Under the pieces are notes generated by a model, which made no database searches, had not been told where the DNA came from, and worked only from the letters and a program-made list of their open reading frames with translations. The position numbers and the translations under genes are program-made. From Syntrophales bacterium (lineage in GTDB: Bacteria; Desulfobacterota; Syntrophia; Syntrophales; UBA2210), in assembly GCA_963662405.2 (NCBI GenBank), contig CAXXKT010000001.1, positions 1,184,001 to 1,248,000 of the forward strand: a stretch of 64,000 nucleotides of DNA, in the 5' to 3' direction. Positions 10,395 through 19,441 of this stretch are shown here, piece after piece (within the stretch, counting starts at the first letter, position 1; each line of letters starts with the position of its first letter).

Positions 10395-10840
10395 AAAAGA
10401 TATTCACCCTTTGAGCCCGTCACCCAACCCTGTCAGTACGGGCAATCGTTGCGGGTGGAAAGTATCATCCTGCTCAGCTGAAGAACGTGTAGGGCCTCGC
10501 ACGGAATGTACCCGAGGTTTGGGTTTCTGAGTTTGACAGCGCGAGCCGGGGAGGGACTGAACGGTCCCGTGGCAGCTGAGGCGTGACAGGGTGAAACCCT
10601 TCCCAAAGGAGCACTTTTCTTAATCGTCAGATTCTGTTATACATCGAAAACGCTAGGCCCTGATCGGGGTGGAGTGGCACTTCAACGAAACCACCGAGAT
10701 GAAAACACATTCTCTTTGCTCACACGATAATAGATCCAGGTGTTCAATTCAGCGGGATCTCCGGCTCTCAGAGAGCGGATTCGCTGGGATTAATCCATGC
10801 GGTTTGGGCGGTACGGCAATAAATACACAGGAGGATTAAG

Positions 10841-12295
10841 ATGTCAATGATGAACGCGAAGCAGTACGAGGAGAGTTTAAGGAAGTTGCATTTTAATGTG
10901 TGGATGTTCGGGAAGAAGGTGGAGAACGTGGTGGACAATCCGATCATCCGTCCGTCGATGAACGCGGTGGCGGCGACGTATGAATTTGCCCACTATCCGG
11001 AGTACGAGGACCTGATGACGGCGACCTCTCATATTACGGGGAAGAAGGTCAACCGGTTCACGCATATCCACCAGAGCACGGAAGACCTGGTGAAGAAGTC
11101 CAAGATGGGGCGGCTGTTGGGCTCTCTGACGGGCTGCTGTTTTCAGCGGTGCGTGGGGATGGACGCGATGAACGCCCTGTCCATGACCACCTACGATATC
11201 GATCAGAAGCACGGGACCGAGTACAACAAGCGTTTCCTGAAATACATGGAATACGTCCAGGAGGGCGACCTGACCTGCGACGGCGCCATGACCGATCCGA
11301 AGGGAGACCGGGGCAAGGCCCCGCACCAGCAGGACGATCCGGACATGTTCATGCACGTGGTGGAAGAGAAGAAAGACGGGATCGTGGTGCGGGGTGCGAA
11401 GTGCCACCAGACCGGTGCGGTCAACTCCCACGAGATCATCATCATGCCGACCATCAGCATGCGCGAGGAGGACAAGGACTATGCCATCTCCTTTGCGCTC
11501 CCCGCCGATGCCGAGGGGATCACCTACATCATGGGGCGTCAGTCGTGCGACACGCGGAAACTGGAAGCGGGTACCATGGACCGGGGGAACCAGCTCTACG
11601 GCGGCCATGAGGCCCTGGTCGTCTTCGATGATGTCTTCGTCCCCTGGGAGCGGGTCTTCATGTACAAGGAATGGGAATTCGCCGGCCAGCTGGTGGAGCA
11701 GTTCGCCTCCTACCATCGTCAGAGCTACGCCTGCAAGGCGGGTGTGGGCGATGTCCTCATCGGCGCGACCCAGTGTATCGCCGAGTACAACGGTGCCCAG
11801 AAGGCCTCCCACGTGAAGGACAAGATCATCGAGATGAACCATCTCAATGAGACCCTCTTCTGTGGATCGATTGCCTGTGCGTCCGAAGGGCACAAGGAGC
11901 CGAGCGGGACGTACTACGTCAACACCCTCCTGGCGAACGTGTGCAAGCAGAACGTGACGCGGTTTCCCTACGAGATCGCGCGTCTGGCGCAGGACATTGC
12001 GGGCGGTCTGATGGTGACCCTTCCCTCGGAAGAAGACTTCCGATCCCCCGAGATCGGGAAATGGATTGAGAAATACTACCGGGCCAGCACGGCCGTCTCC
12101 ACGGAAGACCGGATGCGGATGCTGCGTCTGATCGAGAACATCACGCTGGGGACGGCTGCGGTGGGGTATCTGACCGAGTCGATGCACGGTGCGGGTTCGC
12201 CGCAGGCGCAGCGGATCATGATCTCACGGCAGGTGAATCTGGAGGAGAAGAAGAAGGTTGCCAAGAAGCTCAGCGGTGTCACGAAGGATGAGTGA
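10841..12295 (+). CDS. abfD: 4-hydroxybutyryl-CoA dehydratase (FAD/[4Fe-4S])
   Basis: GCCFQRCVGMDA and YHRQSYACK Fe-S ligand motifs, GAMTDPKGDR, ESMHGAGSPQAQ; AGGAGG RBS. Confidence 0.9.
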   Translation: MSMMNAKQYEESLRKLHFNVWMFGKKVENVVDNPIIRPSMNAVAATYEFAHYPEYEDLMTATSHITGKKVNRFTHIHQSTEDLVKKSKMGRLLGSLTGCCFQRCVGMDAMNALSMTTYDIDQKHGTEYNKRFLKYMEYVQEGDLTCDGAMTDPKGDRGKAPHQQDDPDMFMHVVEEKKDGIVVRGAKCHQTGAVNSHEIIIMPTISMREEDKDYAISFALPADAEGITYIMGRQSCDTRKLEAGTMDRGNQLYGGHEALVVFDDVFVPWERVFMYKEWEFAGQLVEQFASYHRQSYACKAGVGDVLIGATQCIAEYNGAQKASHVKDKIIEMNHLNETLFCGSIACASEGHKEPSGTYYVNTLLANVCKQNVTRFPYEIARLAQDIAGGLMVTLPSEEDFRSPEIGKWIEKYYRASTAVSTEDRMRMLRLIENITLGTAAVGYLTESMHGAGSPQAQRIMISRQVNLEEKKKVAKKLSGVTKDE

Positions 12296-12566
12296 GAAGG
12301 TCCGGATCGGACTGAAATACTGTGGGGGGTGTAATCCCCGCTACGATCGTGTACAGGCGGTAGGATACCTGCGGGAACGGTTGCAGGGCACCGTGGAACT
12401 TGTTTCGTACGAGGACCCGGATATTGCGGGTGTGCTGGTGGTTGCCGGCTGTCCTACCGCCTGCGTCGATCCGGAGCCGTTCAAAGAACGCCCCGTTTGG
12501 GTCGTTACCAACCGGCAGCAGATTGAAGACTTTCTTGAGCACATGCGCAAGGGGACTGGACGGTAG
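12288..12566 (+). CDS. Small Cys-motif protein (YCGGCNP...GCPTAC)
   Basis: ATG overlaps the abfD 3' end by 8 nt; four Cys arranged as CxxC and CxxxC. Confidence 0.8.
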   Translation: MSEKVRIGLKYCGGCNPRYDRVQAVGYLRERLQGTVELVSYEDPDIAGVLVVAGCPTACVDPEPFKERPVWVVTNRQQIEDFLEHMRKGTGR

Positions 12567-13064
12567 CGATTATCAGTTCTCCTCCCGGTAACGCGTTCAG
12601 CGTGCTCGATTTATATGTACCATGACCAACGCCTGATGGAGGACTTCACCTGTGTTTTTTTATTGCAGTTGTGTCGCGGGATATTCGTTTCAGGTATGGG
12701 TTGAAAATGGTTGGTCGGTAAGAGGGCGTTAAGAAAACCGTTCGGTTTCGCCTGACCATGAACCGTGAACTACCCATGAACATGATCCGTCGGTCTTTTC
12801 CGTTGCCTCGGGCAGGGCAGGGGCGTCATTCATGCTCAGTCGCGGGTTACTCCATTCCGGGATGAATTCATGGTGCCTTTTTTGATTCTTTTCCCTTATC
12901 CGAATCCTGTCACTGAGTTCAGCGGATGATATGAAGGTGCGAACGGGCTGCATTGCAGGGAGATTTACCCCAAGCCAAACCGCGTACCGCAAAGGCTATT
13001 TGTGTCAAGCTGCATTGCGGGGTCACCACCGAAACACCCCTGCAGAGCGAACGGCTCGGGACCC

Positions 13065-13612
13065 GAGAAGAGCATCCCCGTTCCCATGGAAACCTCGCGC
13101 GATCTCGAGAGGATATGAGCGATTCGTTACCCGTTTCTTTTTCTTCCCCATTCGACGACACGATTTGAGGAAACGGCCGCCGCTCCACCAATTCCTGTAT
13201 TTCTTACGAGGTGTTCGCCTGAAGGGTAAAGGGACAATTGACGGAACAGTGCACAGCGGCTATGATGTGAAAAGATTGTTCGGAAGAGTGCATCACTGAT
13301 AACAAGAAGATTGTCCAGGGGATTGATCGGAGAACCGGTGACCCTGCCGTGTAATCTCTCGGTAGTTGCCAGGGTGGTGAGGAAATTTGAGATTCTTCTC
13401 AAAAATCCTGATGCCTACTTTGAGGTGACCGTCGATAAGGGAGGAGATCAGTGAGAAAATATTATCTTTTTGTCTTTGTTGTCTTAGGGGCGGCAGACCT
13501 GATATACGGCCTTGTCAAACCCGATCGCCTGAGTGTCCTTATCGGTGCCGTCATGATATTCGTTTCTCTTGCGGTTTTCTATAAACGGGTAAAGGACGAA
13601 AAGAACGGTTAA
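13065..13612 (+). repeat. Copy 2 (deleted, degenerate) of the 3432-4634 block
   Basis: EKSIPVPMETSRDLERI* vs gltA EKSVYVPLENRRDPNRI*; same promoter; ggtgaccctgc...ctctcggta.ttgcca fragment of the 81-aa ORF; RKFEILLKNPDAYFEVTVD vs RKIDILRQNPEVCFEMAVD; intact 53-aa ORF. Confidence 0.9.
13451..13612 (+). CDS. 53-aa membrane microprotein, copy 2 (not in ORF track)
   Basis: GGAGGAG RBS, GTG start, MRKYYLFVFVVLGAADLIYGLVKPDRLSVLIGAVMIFVSLAVFYKRVKDEKNG; 42/53 residues identical to copy 1 by manual count. Confidence 0.8.
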   Translation: MRKYYLFVFVVLGAADLIYGLVKPDRLSVLIGAVMIFVSLAVFYKRVKDEKNG

Positions 13613-14071
13613 CGGTGGGGAACGAAGGGAGGGGCTTCCGTTGAGCCGTTGTGCCCCTCTTCCTCGTATCAGAGGAAGCAAGGCCTGCTCCGATTGCTTC
13701 TTTTCCGTGACAAAGAAGATCACGCAACCGACTGGGTGGTAGCTGCGGACACGACAGATACCCGGTTGGAGGCCGGGTATCGAATCGACGAAAACGGGTG
13801 GGTTCCTGAAAACCGCCCGGTTCGCCCCGGGATATTGTCCCCCGTGTTCTCCACTTGAAGATATGTTGATGGTCCCCCGTAATGTCTCGGATTGTGGATA
13901 TTCCGTGACACGACCCGGAATCCCTCCTTGGGGCACCAATGGCACGAAATATACACGCAAGAGATTGTGTATTATCAAGAGAGATTGTTTATTCGGGAGC
14001 CTTTCAAAGAGGTGCGCCGGCGGTATAATGGAAGCGGCAAATGCTAATCACTGAACCGCTTCCATTCTTGC

Positions 14072-14115
14072 AAGAAAAAAGCAAGGGGCCGACCGAACAG
14101 CGTCAACCCCTTGCT
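14072..14115 (-). terminator. Intrinsic terminator after tRNA-Asn
   Basis: AGCAAGGGG...CCCCTTGCT stem followed by a T-tract on the minus strand. Confidence 0.75.
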
Positions 14116-14120
14116 ATGTT

Positions 14121-14196
14121 TGGCTCCCCAGCGCGGACTCGAACCACGGACTTGGTGGTTAACAGCCACCCGCTCTACCAACTGAGCTACTGGGGA
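14121..14196 (-). tRNA. tRNA-Asn(GTT)
   Basis: TCCCCAGTAGCTCAGTTGGTAGAGC...GGTGGCT GTT AACCACC...GTTCGAGTC...GGGGAGCCA cloverleaf. Confidence 0.97.
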
Positions 14197-14264
14197 ATAT
14201 GTTTCACAAAAACGAGAGATGCTCTCTATCAGAACACCGTCTCTTTTTCAACACCTATTTTCTT

Positions 14265-14972
14265 CTACCGGCAGTCAACACAGGTGGCCAGTTCACTCAG
14301 CGGCACCCCGGTGGTCTTGCTGATGTATTTGAGCTGATCTTCCGGTGCAAAGTATCGACCGCAGGCCGGACAGGGAACCATCTTAAAGACCTTATCCCAG
14401 ATGATCCGCCGGGCCCCGTCGGTTTCCATCTTCACGTAGCCGGTCGGGCAGACGTAAGCACACGATCCGCACCCGATACAAACATTCGGGTCAAAGACGA
14501 TCTTCGGTTCATCGATATCCCGGTCGCGACCCCGGTCCTGGAAGGTGAGCGCGCCGACACCCACAACCTCGCGGCACGTCCTGACGCACAATCCGCAGAG
14601 GATGCAGTCATGGCCATCTCCCTTTTCGGAGGATACCTGTACCCCCAGTTTTTCGGCAACCTCGCGGATCGCCTGGGTCTCAGGATACTTGTAGTAGAGC
14701 AGCTCGGCGGCGGCCTTACGACTTTTCTTCGCCGCGTCGGAATCGGTTCTGATCTCCATCCCGTCCTGGACCGGGGTATTGCACGACGTGGCGATTTGCC
14801 ACTTTCCGTTGGTCTTCACCTCAACACTACAGAGGCGGCAGGCCCCGAAGGGGGAAAGTTCCTTGTGATAGCACAGAGTGGGAATATCTATTTTGAGTGC
14901 TCGGATGTTCTCCAGGACGGTTGAACCTTCCTGCGCCTTGATCTTCTTCCCGTTTATTACGATATTAAGCAT
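14265..14972 (-). CDS. [2Fe-2S]/[4Fe-4S] protein, NuoG/SfrA N-terminal-like, with no catalytic domain
   Basis: IPTLCY...GACRLCSVEV...SC, CILCGLCVRTC, CIGCGSCAYVCPTG and a C-terminal CxxC...CxxC. Confidence 0.88.
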   Translation of the reverse strand: MLNIVINGKKIKAQEGSTVLENIRALKIDIPTLCYHKELSPFGACRLCSVEVKTNGKWQIATSCNTPVQDGMEIRTDSDAAKKSRKAAAELLYYKYPETQAIREVAEKLGVQVSSEKGDGHDCILCGLCVRTCREVVGVGALTFQDRGRDRDIDEPKIVFDPNVCIGCGSCAYVCPTGYVKMETDGARRIIWDKVFKMVPCPACGRYFAPEDQLKYISKTTGVPLSELATCVDCR

Positions 14973-14998
14973 TCTTGTCACCTTATCCGCTTCTATTA

Positions 14999-16903
14999 TC
15001 AAGCCTGTTCCCAGACCACCACCCGGTAGCACCGCAGGCAGCGCTGAGCCTCCTGCATGGCCTTGGCGGCGCTGAATCCGCCCTCAACCTCCCCGAAGTT
15101 CCCGACCCGATCTTTCGGATCAAGGAAGGCAACATCGGTCGCCGTACTGGAAACCACGAGCCCCCGTCCCCTCTGTTTGCACAGGTCGACTCCCGCGAAG
15201 GATACTCGCTCCGCCGGGGCATTTCCACTCAGATAGGCATCAATCCCTTCCGCTGCACGGTTCCCCATGTTCAGGGCCTCGATCAGGGTCGCCGGTCCCG
15301 AAACGCAATCGCCGCCGGCGAAGACACCTTCCATATCGGTTGCCAGGGTCTTTGGATCGGCCTTGATAGTGCCCCAGTCAGTCGTACCGACCTTCTTATG
15401 CATCGCGGGAAGCTCGGGACGCTGGCCGATGGCGGCAATGATCATATCCGTTTTGACAGTGAATTCAGAACCCTTGACCGGAACCGGTCGTTTCCTGCCG
15501 CTTTCATCGGGTTTCCCAAGGGCCATCTTGATGCATTCCGCACCGACGATCTTCCCGTCCTTGGCGATGATTCTGATGGGAACGGACAGGAACCGGACGG
15601 AAACCCCTTCCTCCTTGGCTCCCTCGATCTCCTCGTCACTTGCCGGCATCTCGGCTCGTGACCGCCGGTAGATGATTTCGACCTTCTTGAACCCGAGGCG
15701 CACGCAGCTGCGGGCGCAGTCCAGGGCGACATTTCCGCCCCCAACGATCATGACCTTGTCGGCCGGCTCGATCTTTGTACCGAGATTCATATCCCGGAGG
15801 AACTTGACGCCGTCGACGAATCCTTCGTATCCCTCGTCCTCACCCTCGATACCGATCTTGTTTCCCTGATGGGCACCGACCGCGACGAAGACGGCACCGT
15901 ACCCTTCTTTCTTCAGATCCTCGGTGTTCAGTTTCTCTATCTTGGCGTTCAGCTTGATCTCCACACCCAACCGCTTGATCAAATCGATCTCATGGCTGAG
16001 GATATTCGCGGGGAGACGGTAGTCGGGGATCCCGACAGCGGCCATTCCACCGGCTTGCGGGAGGGATTCATACATGGTCACGCCATATCCCTTCAGGCGG
16101 AGCTGACATGCGGCGGCAAGTCCCGCCGGTCCCGCGCCGATAATTGCGACCTTCCCGTCTTTCTCTTTTGCGGGAGAGCCGAACGGCCTGCCGCCCTGAG
16201 CGAGGTCCGCGTCGGCGGCAGCCCGCTTAAGCAGGCGGATCGCGAGGGTTTCGTCCATACCCTTGCGCACACAGGCATCCTCACAGGGGTGGGTGCAGGT
16301 ACGCCCGATGACACCGGGAAGGACACAGTCCCGGCGGATCAGGCCGAGGGCTTCCTCAATACGGTTATTTCTGATCAGTTCGATGTAACCGGGTATGTCG
16401 AGTCCTGCTGGGCAGGCATCTATGCAGGGCGCCGTCACCGTCACCCCATATGCTCCACTCACCAGTTTCCGCTCGCCGCCGATCAGGGCGAGGAAATCGG
16501 CCTTGTAATATTTAACCGCGTCGATGACGGGGAAGAGGGCCGATTGGCCGAAACTGCACTTGCTGTTCGCCGCGACCTGCCGGGCGATCTCCTGCATCTC
16601 GGAAAGGTCCGTCCTGCTCCCTTTTCCATCTGCCATCCGCGCCATGATATCGAGAAGCCGGTCAATACCGATCATGCAGACGGCACATTCGCCGCAGGAG
16701 ATCTTCCGCGCCTCTTTCAGGTAGTTGAAGGTAAGGGATGGTATGTCGGCCTTGGAATCCGTGGCCACGAGCCCGCCCCACCCCATCATGGTCGTGACCG
16801 CGCCGCCGGGCGCGGGGAGATCGGCGACAACGTCTTTCGCCGCCTTTCCACTCCGGTTATCCACGACCTTCCCGTTCCAACTGCTAAATGCAACTTTATT
16901 CAT
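14999..16903 (-). CDS. SfrB-like NAD(P)H oxidoreductase (NuoF-type 4Fe-4S domain plus GltD-like FAD domain)
   Basis: N-terminal VAFSSWNGKVVDNR...MGWGG recalls Geobacter SfrB; SCGECAVC, APCIDACP, GRTCTHPCE, GAGPAG, GGGNVALD and EAQRCLRC motifs. Confidence 0.85.
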   Translation of the reverse strand: MNKVAFSSWNGKVVDNRSGKAAKDVVADLPAPGGAVTTMMGWGGLVATDSKADIPSLTFNYLKEARKISCGECAVCMIGIDRLLDIMARMADGKGSRTDLSEMQEIARQVAANSKCSFGQSALFPVIDAVKYYKADFLALIGGERKLVSGAYGVTVTAPCIDACPAGLDIPGYIELIRNNRIEEALGLIRRDCVLPGVIGRTCTHPCEDACVRKGMDETLAIRLLKRAAADADLAQGGRPFGSPAKEKDGKVAIIGAGPAGLAAACQLRLKGYGVTMYESLPQAGGMAAVGIPDYRLPANILSHEIDLIKRLGVEIKLNAKIEKLNTEDLKKEGYGAVFVAVGAHQGNKIGIEGEDEGYEGFVDGVKFLRDMNLGTKIEPADKVMIVGGGNVALDCARSCVRLGFKKVEIIYRRSRAEMPASDEEIEGAKEEGVSVRFLSVPIRIIAKDGKIVGAECIKMALGKPDESGRKRPVPVKGSEFTVKTDMIIAAIGQRPELPAMHKKVGTTDWGTIKADPKTLATDMEGVFAGGDCVSGPATLIEALNMGNRAAEGIDAYLSGNAPAERVSFAGVDLCKQRGRGLVVSSTATDVAFLDPKDRVGNFGEVEGGFSAAKAMQEAQRCLRCYRVVVWEQA

Positions 16904-16981
16904 TCTCAAGCACCTTATTCTCTAGTAGTGTAAGCACCAGAAACACCGGGAATCGCCCCCGCGTGCCGTTGTCTGCTTTCT

Positions 16982-17941
16982 CTATCCTTCCAGTTCCGAC
17001 CAGGAATGCAGGTTCTCAACCTTGTCGAGCAGTTTATTGTACTCCAGATTGACCCTTTTCTGTATCTTCTGGATAAAATCGGGGGTCAGGTGACGGAACC
17101 GGCCCTGGATTTTCAGGTAGTCCTCCACTGGCCGCAGTCCCTCCGGGGCGATGGTCATGGAGTATTTCCCGTTCTCGATCTCGTACAGCGGGAAGACTCC
17201 CGTTTCGACGGCCAGTCGTCCCGCCTTGATGCACTCATTGGTCGGGACTCGCCAACCCGTGGGACAGACCGCGAGGCAGTGGATGTAGCTCGGTCCCTCG
17301 ATCTCCCGCGCCTTCTTGACCTTGTTCATAAAATCGATGGGATAGCTGTGACAGGCCGTGGCGACATAGGGGACGTTGTGAGAGGCGATGATCTCGGCGA
17401 TGTTCTTCTTCCACTCATTCTTCCCGTCGCTCGCGGCACCGGCGGGGTTCGTGGTCGTCGATGCCCCCATCGGCGTGGCGCCGGAACGCTGGATGCCGGT
17501 ATTCATGTATGCCTCGTTGTCGAAACAGATGTAGAGGACATCGTGTCCCCGCTCCATCGTGCCGGAGAGGGCCTGGAACCCGATATCAAAGGTGCCGCCG
17601 TCCCCGCCGATGCAAACGGTCTTGATCCGTCGGTCTGCTATCTTCCCCTTCCGTCGCAGGACCTTCAGCGCGGCTTCGACACCGGCGCCGACCGAGGCGG
17701 AGTTCGGAAAGGCGACATGGATCCACGGAAGGTTCCATGCCGTCGTCGGGTACATAACCGATATGACCTCCATACACCCCGTGGCGTTCACGATTACGGT
17801 ATCCTCACCGAGGGCCTTGCACATCAGACGGATGGCAAGGGCCTCTCCGCACCCCGAACAGGCACGATGCCCGGCATTGAAGTATTCCTGCTTATCCACC
17901 AGCCGTGGAGCATATAAATCAAAGTTCTCTACTGTATTCAT
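16982..17941 (-). CDS. porB: 2-oxoacid:ferredoxin oxidoreductase beta subunit
   Basis: GHRACSGCG, GGDGGTFDIG and DNEAYMNTGIQRS TPP-binding motifs. Confidence 0.93.
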   Translation of the reverse strand: MNTVENFDLYAPRLVDKQEYFNAGHRACSGCGEALAIRLMCKALGEDTVIVNATGCMEVISVMYPTTAWNLPWIHVAFPNSASVGAGVEAALKVLRRKGKIADRRIKTVCIGGDGGTFDIGFQALSGTMERGHDVLYICFDNEAYMNTGIQRSGATPMGASTTTNPAGAASDGKNEWKKNIAEIIASHNVPYVATACHSYPIDFMNKVKKAREIEGPSYIHCLAVCPTGWRVPTNECIKAGRLAVETGVFPLYEIENGKYSMTIAPEGLRPVEDYLKIQGRFRHLTPDFIQKIQKRVNLEYNKLLDKVENLHSWSELEG

Positions 17942-19116
17942 GATCCCCTCACTCCGTATATTTCGTACGCTTTTGCGGGTTTCTTCTCTTGCGCGCCCAT
18001 CGTCTGTTCCACCATCTTGGCGAAGTCGCCAACGACGACATCACGACCGCCGAGCCCGATGATATGATTTGTAATCACGGGACGCTCCTTCTGATCATAC
18101 AGGGCCGCCTTGATTTCCGCAGCGACCGGTCCGTTGACGCCTCCGAAGGAGACCGCTCGGTCGATCACGGCAAGCGACTTGAGCCCTTTGATCGCCTCAA
18201 GCAGCTCCTCAGTCGGGAAAGGTCGCCACAGCTTCAGTTTCAGAAGGCCCGCCTTCACTCCCTTTTCGCGCAGTTCATCGACGGCGACCTCGGCCGTGTC
18301 TCCCATCGACCCCAAGGTCAGAAGGGCCACCTCGGCACCGTCCATCCGGTATGCGCTGATCGGCTCATACTTCCGACCGAACTGTTCCTCCCACTCTTTC
18401 CACACCTCCAGGATCACCTTCTTGGAGTTGATGAGGGCATCGTCCTTGGCCTGCATGGCCTCGTTGAAGATATCCGGCATCGCGAGGGCCCCCATGGAGA
18501 CAATATTGTCCGGATGAACCGCAGCATAAGGCTTGTACGCAGGCAGGAACCGGTCTACTTCCTTCTGATCGGGGAGGAACATGGGTTCCACCACATGGGT
18601 CAGCTGGAAACCGTCCAGGTTGACATTGACGGGGAGCATAACGTCACGATGCTCGGCGATCTTGAAGGCCTGGATCATCATGTCTATCGTTTCCTGGCCA
18701 TCGGCGGCGAACAGGGATATCCATCCGGTATCCCTCTGCGACATGATATCGCTGTGGTCGTTCCAGATATTGATCGGGCCGGACAAGGCCCGATTGCCGA
18801 TTGCCATGACGATGGGAAGACGCATCGCTGAAACGATCGGAACGATCTCGGCCATGTACAGAAGACCCTGCGAACTGGTCGCGGTAAACGCACGCGCCCC
18901 CGCCCCGGATGCGCCGCAGCATGCGCTCAAGGCGGAGTGCTCCGATTCCACACAGATAAAATCGGTGTCGATTCGCCCTTCTGCGACGATATCCGACAGG
19001 TGCTCCGGTATATGGGTGTTGGGTGTAATAGGGTAGGCGGCGACAACATCCGGTTTACACAGGGCAACCGCCTCGGCAGCGGCAAGCGCTATTTCCATAC
19101 CGATTCTCTTAGACAT
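17938..19116 (-). CDS. porA: 2-oxoacid:ferredoxin oxidoreductase alpha subunit
   Basis: AAYPITP, VESEHSA, TATSSQGL and WRPFP motifs. Confidence 0.93.
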   Translation of the reverse strand: MSKRIGMEIALAAAEAVALCKPDVVAAYPITPNTHIPEHLSDIVAEGRIDTDFICVESEHSALSACCGASGAGARAFTATSSQGLLYMAEIVPIVSAMRLPIVMAIGNRALSGPINIWNDHSDIMSQRDTGWISLFAADGQETIDMMIQAFKIAEHRDVMLPVNVNLDGFQLTHVVEPMFLPDQKEVDRFLPAYKPYAAVHPDNIVSMGALAMPDIFNEAMQAKDDALINSKKVILEVWKEWEEQFGRKYEPISAYRMDGAEVALLTLGSMGDTAEVAVDELREKGVKAGLLKLKLWRPFPTEELLEAIKGLKSLAVIDRAVSFGGVNGPVAAEIKAALYDQKERPVITNHIIGLGGRDVVVGDFAKMVEQTMGAQEKKPAKAYEIYGVRGS

Positions 19117-19120
19117 ATCC

Positions 19121-19414
19121 CTATCCCTCCTCCACCATCGTTATGGCACCGGGCCAGCATTCGTGGGCACAGATCCCGCACCCCTTGCAGTAATCGAGGT
19201 TTGCCACGAAGTATCCGTCAGCATCCTGGGAGATGCATCCCTCCGGGCAGAAGATATAGCAGACGCCGCACTTGATGCACCTGTCAGTGTCGTATATGGG
19301 TCTCTCCGCCCGCCAGGTCCCCGTATGGTATTCCCGCGTACTTCCCGGTCTGAACACCATGCACCCCGGGTTCAGCTCTTGCCATTTTTCCGGCCATTCT
19401 TTCGCTTTTTCCAT
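19121..19414 (-). CDS. porD: 2-oxoacid:ferredoxin oxidoreductase delta subunit
   Basis: TGTWRAERP, CIKCGVCYIFCP and DYCKGCGICAHEC motifs. Confidence 0.93.
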   Translation of the reverse strand: MEKAKEWPEKWQELNPGCMVFRPGSTREYHTGTWRAERPIYDTDRCIKCGVCYIFCPEGCISQDADGYFVANLDYCKGCGICAHECWPGAITMVEEG

Positions 19415-19441
19415 AAGACAATCAACCTCACGGTGTGTGAA

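Noticed and set aside
10413..10440. Resemblance to the 3' end of a c-di-AMP (ydaO) riboswitch (GAGCCCGTCACCCAACCCTGTCAG)
   Set aside because: The conserved CAGCTAAC is altered, and the 5' half would fall inside livF, where it is absent.
10656..10710. Hammerhead-like CTGAT...CGAAA
   Set aside because: The core reads CTGATCG rather than CTGANGA, and no consistent stems I/III or cleavage site were found.
13649..14120. Integrative element at tRNA-Asn
   Set aside because: No integrase and no duplicated tRNA 3' end were found in the window.
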